In this document: in pieces, positions 10,446-21,541 of the stretch | Layout of the letters: every line of letters begins with the position of its first letter | How positions within the stretch are numbered: position 1 is the stretch's first letter | Origin: Piromyces finnis finn | Taxonomy: Eukaryota; Fungi; Neocallimastigomycota | Length of the DNA stretch: 64,000 bases | NCBI GenBank assembly: GCA_002104945.1 | Contig: MCFH01000032.1 | Span: 248,001-312,000 of the forward strand | Reading direction: 5' to 3' | Translations under genes and position numbers: made by a program | The notes under the pieces: model-generated | Seen by the model: only the letters and a program-made list of their open reading frames with translations | Databases searched by the model: none | What the model was told of the DNA's origin: nothing

Positions 10446-11640
10446 TATTATCTTAATTTTATAAATGAATATATAAAGTGATAATATTTGTATCTAAAAA
10501 AAATAAAAAAATAAAATAAATGAAATGATTTTTATACTTGTTCATTTTCAAGTCTTTGTTAGTTTAAAATATAAAAATTATTTTATTTAATTATAAAGTT
10601 TTAATATTTAATAACTCTTGTATTATTAAATATATATATATATGTTATTATATATATGTTATTATTATTCAATACATCTCGTATGTATATTATTATAATT
10701 ACAAATATTATTTTATATAAATTATATATCTAATTCTTCTGGATTATTAGGAACAACTTTTAAAAAGAACATTTTCTATTACTATTTATACAAAATTATA
10801 ATTTTAAAGTATAACTATAAACAAATATAAACTATTTAATTTAAAAATAAATAAACAATTTATTTAATAAAGAATTTTCTATGTGTGGGTTACATCCATA
10901 TATTTCAACCGTAAAGCGCAACGGTTCTAGAAGCATTCTACCAATGATCAAATACTTAACCAAAGAAGATAAAACTCCATTATTTACATTTGAATGGGAA
11001 CGATATTTAAAAGTTGAAGAAAATCCAGACAAGGACCCTAAATGGGATAGATATAAGTGAACATCTTACTCAAAATCAAGTAATAGCCAGGTTACACGAA
11101 GTAGGATTTGCTTCAAGATTCGCAAACCACTTTTCCAACTGGATGGGTTATATTAAAAAAATGTTTCCAGATGAAGCTAAAGTTCCCTATATGTCACCTT
11201 GGAGGTCTGAAAACTTCAAACTCTCGGAAGAATTATCACTTTGGAAGCATTGTTACTTTAAAGGGTGGTTGGAAAACCTCCATAGATTCGGTGAATGGCC
11301 ACGTCCAAATTCATTGATTCTCGTTGGTCCAAGTAGAAGTGGTAAAACTGAATGGGCCAGGTCACTTGGACAACACATGTACTTTAATAATCTACTTAAC
11401 CTAGATGACTGGGATGAGTCAGCAGATTATATTGTACTTGATGATTTTTCCAGTGATATAACCAAGTTTTTACCCTCTTTGAAGTGTTTCTTCGGTGGTC
11501 AAAAGGAATTTACTCTCACAGACAAATAAATAAACAATTAAATAAACAAAAAGTTTACATTTACAATTTTTAATTTAATAATTTTATACATGTTAAATAT
11601 TTTAATTTTTATCTGTGTTTTAATTATTATTATTATTATT
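10446..11640 (+). repeat. Dispersed AT-rich repeat R, the copy interrupted by the viral Rep fragment
   Basis: Colinear with the reverse complement of ~29394-30000 once 10861-11523 and one copy of the 16-bp duplication are removed. Partial copies occur near 41470-41745 and 51095-51178. Termini are undefined. Confidence 0.7.
10861..11523 (+). pseudogene. rep: Endogenous CRESS-DNA virus Rep fragment (geminivirus/genomovirus-like HUH endonuclease plus SF3 helicase)
   Basis: The frame from 10863 reads ...GLHPYISTVKR...MIKYLTKED (motif III-like YxxK). After a 1-nt frameshift near 11050 the frame reads RPNSLILVGPSRSGKTEWARSLGQH (Walker A), YIVLDDF (Walker B) and KCFFGGQKEFTLTDK. Truncated at both ends and visibly more GC-rich than its flanks. 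Confidence 0.9.
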
Positions 11641-11969
11641 ATTTGTTAAATCACGCGGATTCGTGTTAAGTTTGGATTAATTAACTAGGTAGGGAATGGT
11701 TATAAACTAATAATAATAAAAATTAATTTCTTATTTATCTGGTTATTAAATTAAATTATATGCAATGGTTTTATTAACTAGAATAACACTTTAATTTCAA
11801 ATTTATTTATATTTATTTTATAATATAAATATTGTAACTTTCTTAAAAATTTTTTTAAAAATAACCAAAGAATAAAAAAATGTAGTACAATATTAATTTA
11901 TAATTTTATAAAATATAAATACATAAAAAAATACATAAAATATTATTTTGAAATGTATTTTATTTTCAC

Positions 11970-13010
11970 ATGATTAATCATTTAAGCACTTGATCCGTTA
12001 ACCTATTTTATAATAATTAGAATAATTTAATTTATAAATGTTAACTGTTACACCTAAATGGTTTAGTTCTATTTTTAGTAACAGTCACTATCATTAATTA
12101 AATTAATAATTAAAATTTCTATTGATATATTTTTAATTTTCGTCAAGTCATAAGAAATGTCTATGATCCATATTTGATATCATATTGATTCTAATTTACC
12201 TATTAAAATCCTTGAATGATCATAACTTCTTTAAATGATCAGTTAGAAGGACCGCGATTGTACCAAAATGTAGCTTTTCTCTTAAGCTTTCTAATAAACC
12301 TTGTTTCACACCCGTAGCACTTACAGCCGTAGCGTTCGTTTTTGGTGAGTTATGCCTTGTTTCATGTTTGTTTATTTTTGGTTAAGGGTTATAGTGTATT
12401 GATATTAAATTTTTGAAATCATAACCCTTTCACTGAATCAAAATTTAAAAGGTGACTTTTAAAAGTGTTTTAAAATAATTTAATGATAATGACTGTTACA
12501 ATGACTGTTACTAAAAATAGAACTAAACCATTTAGGTGTAACAGTTAACATCTATAAATTAAATAATTCTAATTATTATAAAATAGGTTAATGGATCAAG
12601 TGTTTAAATGATTAATCATATGTTTATTTTATTTTTATGTCATGACAAAACAAACAAACAAACAAACTTATTATGTTATTAATATATTACATGTAATACT
12701 TTATTTTTATCAATTTAATAATCTGAACAAAGAATATAAAATAGAATGAATTGAATTCGATTTTAATTCTTTGTAAAGATTATAGTTATAATCTTAATTA
12801 TATAGTTATTAAATATATTATCATTTATATTATTATTACTAAATAAATAAAATTTTAAAAAAAGTTATTCAAAAAAAAATAAATATTAATTTTTCATTTG
12901 GAAGTTTAAAGGGTTATTTTATATTTAAATTTAATTTCTAAAAAAACATTTTTTACTATATAATTAAAATATTGTGACCTGGCCGCATAACTAAACCTCA
13001 AAACTAAACA
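11970..13010. repeat. Rearranged Gypsy-2-family LTR: inverted part 11970-12480 followed by forward part 12481-13010
   Basis: Both halves match the LTR at 31319-32446 in opposite orientations. 11970-12097 is the inverted copy of 12481-12619. Ends ...AAACTAAACA at 13010. Confidence 0.75.
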
Positions 13011-14933
13011 TAAATTTGTAGAAGTTATTTATAATTTATTTATAAGTAACTTCTTACACACACATTGATAAGTGTTTAATATTATCTTAATTTATAATTA
13101 AATAAATATAAAAGTGATAATATTCTTATCAATTAATTAATAAAAAAAAAGATTTAAAATTAATTTTTATTATAAAATTACTTGAAATATTCTAATTAAA
13201 CATAACGATTATTAACAAAATATAAAAGTTATGTTTTAAAAACCCAATTTTAAAAATATATTTTTGAATCAACTCTAATAAATTTATTAAAAGTATTGAT
13301 TGATTTTTAAATTAGGAAATAATTACATGTATTTATAATTTTCTTTCTATTTTAACTTTTTAAAATAAAATATTAATATTAATATGTTTTAAAATAATAA
13401 TGAATAATAAATAAAAGAAACAATTTATTTTAAAGTAATTAATTTAATATAACACTATTTAACTATTTAAAATATTATTTATACTATGCTTATTTTATAA
13501 CAAAAATATAATTTAAACTGAGTTTTAATATATAATTTTTATACTTTTAATTAAATATTTAAATATTATTATTATTTATTATTTATTATTTATTTTAAGT
13601 TGTTTTGAGGGTTAGTTTATATCAAGATTATAATTTCATATTTATTAATTTTGTAAAATAAACTATTCTAGTTCAGGTTTGTATACACTAACTAAACTAA
13701 ATACTAATTAAATTATAAATTACTTTTAATTATTAAATTTTATTTATTTATTAAACTAATCTAACTATAACAACCGTTGATTACTTCACCGTGAAGGATA
13801 TTTTACCAGAGCCCTCACTAGGTAATCAATTTATATTTATTTAAAACTAAAATTAATAATCTAAACTATTTATTAACTAATGTTAATTTATCTATACTAA
13901 ATTAGCCTATACGATTTTCCAATTATCGTTTCAATAGTTGAAAAATTTTCTTTATTTATACTTTTTAAATAAATTGAATAAATTCTAATATACATGTTTT
14001 AATATTATAATTTTACATTGTTTACATTTATACATTTATTAAAAGAATTTATTTGTATTAAACTATTTAAATTCAATTTATTTACTAAAGAATTTTCTAA
14101 ACTTAAAATAAAGTTTTGATTTATTTACTATATGGTTGATTATATTTTAAACATATATTTAATTTATTTATTTCTAATTTTGAGGCTTAGTTTATAAAAA
14201 AAAATTTTTATTATCTAAAATATTTATTTAAAATTTTATTTTATCATCAAAAACTTTATCTTATCAAAAAATAAATTCTCCATAAATTTATGTTAATGTA
14301 TTGTGATATAAATTTTGTAAAGATTTACGGTACATTAATTCAACATTGTTTTAAATACGTAATAATGTAAAAGTTTTACTAAACTTATAATTTAATATTA
14401 AAATATTAAATTAAATAAAAGATTAAAAGATAACTAAATTAGAAAAAAAAATGTTTTATTAAAATAATCTTAATTGTTTTATAAACGAATAGTTAAATTA
14501 TATATTGTGGTTAAAATAATTTCCTTTTTATTTTATTTAAATAAAATATTAATAAAGAATATAATAGTAAGATTATTTAATAGCAATACTTATTAAGTAT
14601 TTATTATTGTTATTAATTATTATTAATTATTATGGTTAATTATTATTAATTACAAAACGTTTTATAATATGTTTTTAATAATAAACTTTATTTAATAATA
14701 AAATATATTTTATATTTTGGTAATTACAAAGTATTACAAAAATGGAAAATTACAATCATATTTATACTAATTGTGGCTTGTTAATAATACATGTCAAAAT
14801 AATACAATGAGATGTAAAAATATACTTTAATATATTTTAACAATGATCTTAATTTAATTTAAATTCATTATATATATTCAAAAAAATATTTCTTTGTTTT
14901 TTTTTTAATATTTCTAACATTCCCCTGTCAAAC

Positions 14934-17900
14934 TTAATTTTCTGCATGTTTGAAAATTATGTTTGAGAATTTCTTCATTTTTGGTCCATTAACATTTTTA
15001 GTTAGAACATCAGCCAACATGTCTTCTGTATTGATGTATTCTAAAATTATTCTTTTATTTTTAATGTGGTCTTGATTGAAATAAAATTTTATATTTATAT
15101 GTTTTAATTTTGAGTTTAATTGTCCATTTTCAATAGAAGTTTTACTTGATAAATTGTCTGTAAAGATTTTTATTGGTTTTTTAAAATTGAATAGTTCTTG
15201 TAATATGCTTCTTATCCATAATACCTTTTTTGAGCATTCCGTTGTGCTTATATATTCAGCCTCCATTGATGAAGTAGCTACTGTAGATTGTTTTCTTGAG
15301 GACCAACATATTGGATCATTTCCCATCAAAATTATGTGACCTGATGTTGATTTTTTATCTTTTGGGTCACCTCCTAAGTCTGAGTCTGAATAAGCTAAAA
15401 TTTCCCCTGTTCCTGAATATTCGATTTTATAATTTTTAGTATAATTTAAATATTTTAAGATATTCATTACCTTATGCCAATCAGATATTGTTGGATTTTC
15501 CGCATTTCTGGCTGCTTTATTTACTGCATAGGCAATATCTGGGCGGCTACATTTTGATAAATAAATCAAAGAACCTAAAACACTTTTGTATGTGGTTTTT
15601 TCGAATGGTGTTTTATTTTCGTTTATATTATCTCCTGTGCATGGTGTTTTTGCTTTACGAGTATTTTTAATATTATATTTAGATAAAATGTTTTCAATAT
15701 AATTTGTTTGTGATATTGAATATTTAAAACCATTATTTTCTATTTTTATTCCAAGTAAATAATTTATTTTTTCACAATTTGATATTTTAAAATTGTTTTT
15801 TATCAGTTTAATAGTTTTTTCAATTTCAGACGTTTTCCCAGTGATGATCATATCATCAACATATATACCTATAATGCATGTTGTAATACCATTTCGTTCT
15901 CTTTTGAAAATGCATTGTTCAGAAATCAGTTGTTTGAAACCATTATTTTTAAGAAATAAAGTAATTGTTTCGTTCCATTGACGTCCAGACTGTTTTAAGC
16001 CATATAAAGCTTTGTTTAATTTCCAGTATCCTTTTCCATAATTTTTGTCTCCTTGTGGGATTGTAACATATATGTCCTTATCTAATTTTGCATTAAGGTA
16101 AGCAGCTTTAATATCAAGTTGAAATATTTTCCAATGAAATTTTGCTGATAATGAAATAATAAGTTTAATACTATCGATGCTAAGAGTAGGAGAAAATGTT
16201 AATTCATAGTCAATTCCTCTTATTTGACTATATCCTTTTGCTACTAATCTTGCTTTGAATTTTACAATATCATTATTACTGTCACGTTTTATTGTGAAAA
16301 CCCATTTTGTTTTAATTGGATTTTTATTTTCAGGTAATTTTGAAACTAAATTCATAATATTGTTATCGTATAAATTTTTTAATTCATTTTTAATTGCTTC
16401 TATCCATTTATTTTTATATTTGCTTGTTATAGCATCATTAAATGTTAGTGGAGAATCCATGTTTATATTTGCAATTTCCCTATCATAATTAATGTTTGTA
16501 GCACGTTTAACATTATTATTATCTATTTTACATCCAGGTCTTTTAACAGGTAAATTGTTAATTATTTCATTAATTTTATATTTCTTATTACTTATTTTAT
16601 AGTCGTTGTCATCTAATTTTCTTTTTGCTATTGAATTAAAATATTCTTGATATATTTTCTTCTTTTTGTTGTAAGATATATCATTAAAACTGTGTCTTCT
16701 TTTTAATTTTGTTTTATCTATATTAGCGTTTTTTGGATTAAAAGAATAATCATTTTCTGGTGAAATTTTGAAATTATCTAAAAGTTCTATGACATCTTCC
16801 ATTGTATAACTTTGTTTGGAACAAGTGTTTGTATTGTTGATTCTATTATTGTTTTCAATAGCAACTTCATTAATAGTTGTATTATTGCTATTATCTTGTA
16901 TATTATTATCAGTTGTTATACTAATAATTTCTGAGTCTTCATCGAAAGAGTGTGTACTATCATTTATCTCATCATTAGTATTATTGTCATTTTTATGAGT
17001 TGATATAATATCATTATTATCTAAATTTTCATAAGTATTTTGAAAATTGATATCTGTAAAATTAATATGATTATTGTTTGCATTTTGTATTTTTTCATCA
17101 GTGTCATTTGAAAATCTATCATCTGAGGGTAGTTTAAAATTATCATCTAGGTTTCTTTTCGATAAATTGAAATTGGATGGTTTATCTTCTTCAAATACGG
17201 CTTCACGGACAAGGTGTAATTTATAATCTTGATAATCCATTATAATGTAACAGTCATGTTTAAAACTAAGTCCTAAAAAAATACCTTCTTTACAGTTGTT
17301 ATCAAATTTTCCTTTGTTTTGTGAATAATCCTTATAGTATGCTATACATCCAAATGTTTTTACATATTTTAGGTCAACTTTCTTGTTAAAAAATACTTCA
17401 TTAGGGATAGAATTTCCAATACCTTTATGAGGGTTAATATTATATAAGAAATTTCCATAGTTGATAGCATAATCCCAGAATCTTGTGTCTAATCTACTAG
17501 AAGCTAAAAGAGTTTTAGCACAATTGACTAACGTTTGGTTAAACCTTTCTGCTTTTCCATTAATTTCAGGAGTATATGGTGGCGAGTAAACCTTACTAAT
17601 ACCATTTCTTGAGCAGAAATTAATAATCTTTTTGTTCATGTATTCCTTTCCATTGTCAGTCTTAAAGTACTTAACTTTGAGATCATATTTGTTTGTAATA
17701 TATTTTATAAATTCTATAACATTTTTAGCAACTTCCTTTTTATTATTTAGTAAATATACCCATGATTTTCTAGAAAATTCATCAATAAAAGTTAAAATGA
17801 ATCTTTTACCTGTACTAGAAATAAGATTCATTGGTCCCATCACATCGGAGTGTATTGTTTCAAGGATTCTTGATGCAACAGGTGTTTTACCTTTGTGAGG

Positions 17901-19532
17901 TAATCTTTTAAGTTTTGAAATTTTACATTGTAGACAATCTGGTTTTTTAATATTGTGAAGGCTTAAGTAATTTGTAAGATTGTCTTGGTAGAAATGTCCA
18001 AGGCGTTTATGCCAAAGACGATTACTGTATTCGTCTAGTTCATTTTTATTAGTAGATACATTAGAAATTGAAGATTTTAAAACGTTTATTGGTATCTTAA
18101 TGATGTTGGAAGGGTCAGCTATATATCTTCCAATTTCTTGTTTACATTTTTTGTTATTGTTATATTTCTTAAGAATTAATGTTGTTTTATTATTTATATA
18201 ATCGATTTCACATGGATATCCTGTTTGTGTTAGTTTGATACCACTAATTAGGTTTTTGTTAATTTTGTCTGAATAGTATACATTATCTAAACGGATTGTT
18301 TCGTTGTTTATTTTACCAATAAATGTACCAATACCTTTGAATTCACATGTAGTATTGTTGGCACATTTCATATGTATATTTTCAAGGCGAAAATTTTGTA
18401 AAATATTTTTGTTATTTGTTATGTGTTCTGAACATCCTGTGTCATATGTCCACAATACTTCATTGTTGCAAGCATTATCTATGCTATTTATATTTTTGTA
18501 AAATTTATTATTTTCTGTTTGGCTAGTTGAAGTCTTGTTTGTTTTATCAATGCATTTTTCTTTTATTGAACATACCTCAATATGATCAACATGTTTTTCA
18601 AATAATGGTTGGAGTTCATCAAAGCAAATATTATCATTATCAATATCTTCATGTAAGTGATTATTGGTTCTTTCAACATTTCCAATGTGTTTTCCTTTTT
18701 TGTTCCATTTATTATAATGTTTTTTATTTTTAGATCTGTTTCTTCTTCTTTCTTCACGTACTTTTATATTAAATCCACATTTATTAGTACTATGTCCTTT
18801 CATTTCACATATATAGCAATAATTTTCTTCTCTTTTAATTTTATTATCGAGTGGCTTAGTTGGTCTAAATTTGGTTACATAATCAATATCCATTAAATCA
18901 TCGATATTCTTAGGTTTATTTTCATTTTTTGATGTTTTTCCTAAATAATATTGTAAAACATTAACGATTTTCTTGGCTTCTTCAATAAACTTATTTGGTT
19001 CAATATCTGGGTCAAGGGTTAATCTTGATTGAACTTCAATAGGCAATGCGGCATATATATACTTCGTTTTTTCCAAATTACCCAACTTATAATTCTTTTC
19101 GTCGAGTATATTAAAGATTTCAATTATCTTGTCAATTATATCAAGACTTACATCCAGATTTTTTGCATTTAATGTATTTAACTCACGAAGATATTGAGTG
19201 ACATCTTTTTTTCTTTTGGGGTCATATAATTCTTTGATTTTTGTTATAATTTCATAAGATGTTCTTTCTTTTCTAATTTTCCCTTTTACTTCTAAGGTAG
19301 TACTCATCAAGAGAAATACTTTAACTTTAGAATCTTCCTCTTCCAGTTTTTCTAATTCCTCGCTTCGCATAGCTCCAGCTTTGACTTTATTTTGAGCGTC
19401 TGAAATGATGTCATTTTCAATGTATTTTAGAAGTCCTTTTGATTTTAAAACAGATTCAACAGTTGGATACCAGCAGTCAAAATTGGATTTGTCAAGACGT
19501 TCATCTGAGTAAAAATAATTAGCAGCATTCAT
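14934..19532 (-). CDS. Copia gag-pol polyprotein (1532 aa)
   Basis: CYICEMKGHSTNKC, WTYDTGCSEHI, LWHKRLGH, IHSDVMGP, FKTDNGKEY, KARLVAKGYSQ, YVDDMII, YSDSDLGG and KHINIKFYF. No internal stop. Confidence 0.96.
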   Translation of the reverse strand: MNAANYFYSDERLDKSNFDCWYPTVESVLKSKGLLKYIENDIISDAQNKVKAGAMRSEELEKLEEEDSKVKVFLLMSTTLEVKGKIRKERTSYEIITKIKELYDPKRKKDVTQYLRELNTLNAKNLDVSLDIIDKIIEIFNILDEKNYKLGNLEKTKYIYAALPIEVQSRLTLDPDIEPNKFIEEAKKIVNVLQYYLGKTSKNENKPKNIDDLMDIDYVTKFRPTKPLDNKIKREENYCYICEMKGHSTNKCGFNIKVREERRRNRSKNKKHYNKWNKKGKHIGNVERTNNHLHEDIDNDNICFDELQPLFEKHVDHIEVCSIKEKCIDKTNKTSTSQTENNKFYKNINSIDNACNNEVLWTYDTGCSEHITNNKNILQNFRLENIHMKCANNTTCEFKGIGTFIGKINNETIRLDNVYYSDKINKNLISGIKLTQTGYPCEIDYINNKTTLILKKYNNNKKCKQEIGRYIADPSNIIKIPINVLKSSISNVSTNKNELDEYSNRLWHKRLGHFYQDNLTNYLSLHNIKKPDCLQCKISKLKRLPHKGKTPVASRILETIHSDVMGPMNLISSTGKRFILTFIDEFSRKSWVYLLNNKKEVAKNVIEFIKYITNKYDLKVKYFKTDNGKEYMNKKIINFCSRNGISKVYSPPYTPEINGKAERFNQTLVNCAKTLLASSRLDTRFWDYAINYGNFLYNINPHKGIGNSIPNEVFFNKKVDLKYVKTFGCIAYYKDYSQNKGKFDNNCKEGIFLGLSFKHDCYIIMDYQDYKLHLVREAVFEEDKPSNFNLSKRNLDDNFKLPSDDRFSNDTDEKIQNANNNHINFTDINFQNTYENLDNNDIISTHKNDNNTNDEINDSTHSFDEDSEIISITTDNNIQDNSNNTTINEVAIENNNRINNTNTCSKQSYTMEDVIELLDNFKISPENDYSFNPKNANIDKTKLKRRHSFNDISYNKKKKIYQEYFNSIAKRKLDDNDYKISNKKYKINEIINNLPVKRPGCKIDNNNVKRATNINYDREIANINMDSPLTFNDAITSKYKNKWIEAIKNELKNLYDNNIMNLVSKLPENKNPIKTKWVFTIKRDSNNDIVKFKARLVAKGYSQIRGIDYELTFSPTLSIDSIKLIISLSAKFHWKIFQLDIKAAYLNAKLDKDIYVTIPQGDKNYGKGYWKLNKALYGLKQSGRQWNETITLFLKNNGFKQLISEQCIFKRERNGITTCIIGIYVDDMIITGKTSEIEKTIKLIKNNFKISNCEKINYLLGIKIENNGFKYSISQTNYIENILSKYNIKNTRKAKTPCTGDNINENKTPFEKTTYKSVLGSLIYLSKCSRPDIAYAVNKAARNAENPTISDWHKVMNILKYLNYTKNYKIEYSGTGEILAYSDSDLGGDPKDKKSTSGHIILMGNDPICWSSRKQSTVATSSMEAEYISTTECSKKVLWIRSILQELFNFKKPIKIFTDNLSSKTSIENGQLNSKLKHINIKFYFNQDHIKNKRIILEYINTEDMLADVLTKNVNGPKMKKFSNIIFKHAEN

Positions 19533-19559
19533 TTTGTTTTTTTTTTTTTTTTTTCAGTC

Positions 19560-19573
19560 TGAGACTCTTAATC
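19560..19573 (-). promoter_or_regulatory. Primer-binding site complementary to the tRNA-Lys(CUU) anticodon arm (nt 27-40)
   Basis: TGAGACTCTTAATC abutting the 5' LTR, identical to 8166-8179. Confidence 0.8.
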
Positions 19574-21454
19574 TATTAATTACAAAACGTTTTATAATAT
19601 GTTTTTAATAATAAACTTTATTTAATAATAAAATATATTTTATATTTTGGTAATTACAAAGTATTACAAAAATGGAAAATTACAATCATATTTATACTAA
19701 TTGTGGCTTGTTAATAATACATGTCAAAATAATACAATGAGATGTAAAAATATACTTTAATATATTTTAACAACGATCTTAATTTAATTTAAATTCATTA
19801 TATATATTCAAAAAGAAATATTTCTTTGTTTTTCAATATTTCTAACAATTATTATTATTACTTATTATTATTATTAATAATCTTTACAAAGATTTTAATT
19901 TCATAAACTATTCTAAACTATTTATACTATTTGTAAAATAACTTTTTAATACATGATTATTTTTTATAATGTATTTTATAATACTAAAACTAAACTTAAG
20001 ACTTATTACTAATTATTAAAAATAACTATTGTTTATATATTTATAATATTAATTATTTCTTAATTATAATATAATTCATTGTATATAATATTAATAATTA
20101 TAATCTTCTAATTCAAAGATTATAAGTTATCTTATTGAAATAATTATTATAAAATAAAGTTAATTAATTCCGGAAAATAATTTTAATTTAATTAAAACAA
20201 TAATTTATATCCTTTTGGGTGAATGATTTATATTCAATACATCAGGGGTGATCATTTTCTGAATAAACAATTAATCATTACTAGCAAAATATCTTTAAAT
20301 TGGAATATCTCGTGAACCAGCAGAGATATTGACCTGATTTTAAGATATGTTGTTTATCTCAAGCGTGGCTATCTAATGAACCCATAATCTCCCAACCATA
20401 ATTTCTCAAAAGTCGCTATTCGTTGAGGAGTTACGATTGTTTTTCCTCATTAAATTATGACGATAAGGGTTAAAGTTATTTATTATAAAATTATTAAGGG
20501 TTAAGGTCATATCTTAACCTTTTCTAAATTTTTTAAATATTTCTTATATAATTTTATAATTTACTTGGAAATAAAATATTGTTGATTTTGAAATTTTATA
20601 AGTAATTTCACAATTTCAAGTGATCTTGAAATTGTAGATTTCACTAGTATTCGTGACATTTTTTTAAAATTTGAAAATTTGAAAATTTGAAAAAATTTAT
20701 TTTTTAAATTTATTAACTATTTACAATAATTATGTTAATTATTAATTTATAAAAATTAAATATTTTATAATTAGGCAATAATTAATTAATGTAATAACTA
20801 AAATTGTTCAAGTATAAAAAGAACAAAAATTGACAAAAATTACGAAGCTTTAGCGTTAGTAATTTTTTAACTTAAAGTTAATAAAATTTATAAACTCCTA
20901 TAAAACATAAAATTTTAAAAATTTTAATATTTTTAATAACTTAATATATGCTGATATTAAGTTATTACTAAAATAAAAATATTATTTAATTTTCTTTATA
21001 TAAATATTATTAGCTTTACGCCTTCAATAGGAAAGCGTATTATATTTGTTAATTAATATAACTAGTGTGCTTACCACACTTTTCTTTAATAAAAAATCGT
21101 TTTTGACAATGTAAGAAGTTACTTATAAATAAATTATAAATAACTTCTTCTACAAATTAATAATAATTAAATAATTAACTATTACTAATTTGAGAAAGAA
21201 AATAAAAACATTAATTTCGAGTTTATTATATAAAAATACTAATAAACAAAAATATTAAATATTAACACTTAAATATAAAAACACACGTTAGATAAACATT
21301 ACTTTTAAAATAATTAATACTTTATTTATTAATAAATTTATATAATAATAACTCTTGATTTCTCAAAAGAGAATCAAAATTATTCTTTTATAGTAATTTA
21401 ATACATTATACATAGATTGGTTAAAATGATACAACTAAATTAATGTAATAAAAC

Positions 21455-21541
21455 AATGTATTTAATTAATGTATTTAATTAATGTATCAAATTATGTATT
21501 AAATAGTGTATTAAATAATGTATTAAATTAATGTATTAAAC
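21455..21541. repeat. Degenerate 13-bp tandem repeat (AATGTATTAAATT-like), about 7 units
   Basis: TGTAT recurs at 13-bp spacing. Confidence 0.7.

Larger units (their letters stand above)
14644..19847 (-). mobile_element. Ty1/copia LTR retrotransposon (Copia-2), intact single ORF
   Basis: LTRs at 14644-14919 and 19574-19847 differ at a few positions. TSD ATTAT at 14639-14643 and 19848-19852. PPT AGGGGAA at 14920-14926 (- strand). Confidence 0.96.
14366..20658 (+). mobile_element. LTR of family L4, split by the Copia-2 insertion
   Basis: 14366-14643 plus 19848-20658 align with the uninterrupted solo LTR at 39579-40612 (TGTAAAAGTTTT...TTCGTGACA). The outer flanks AATAA and TTTTT do not form a TSD. 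Confidence 0.75.
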
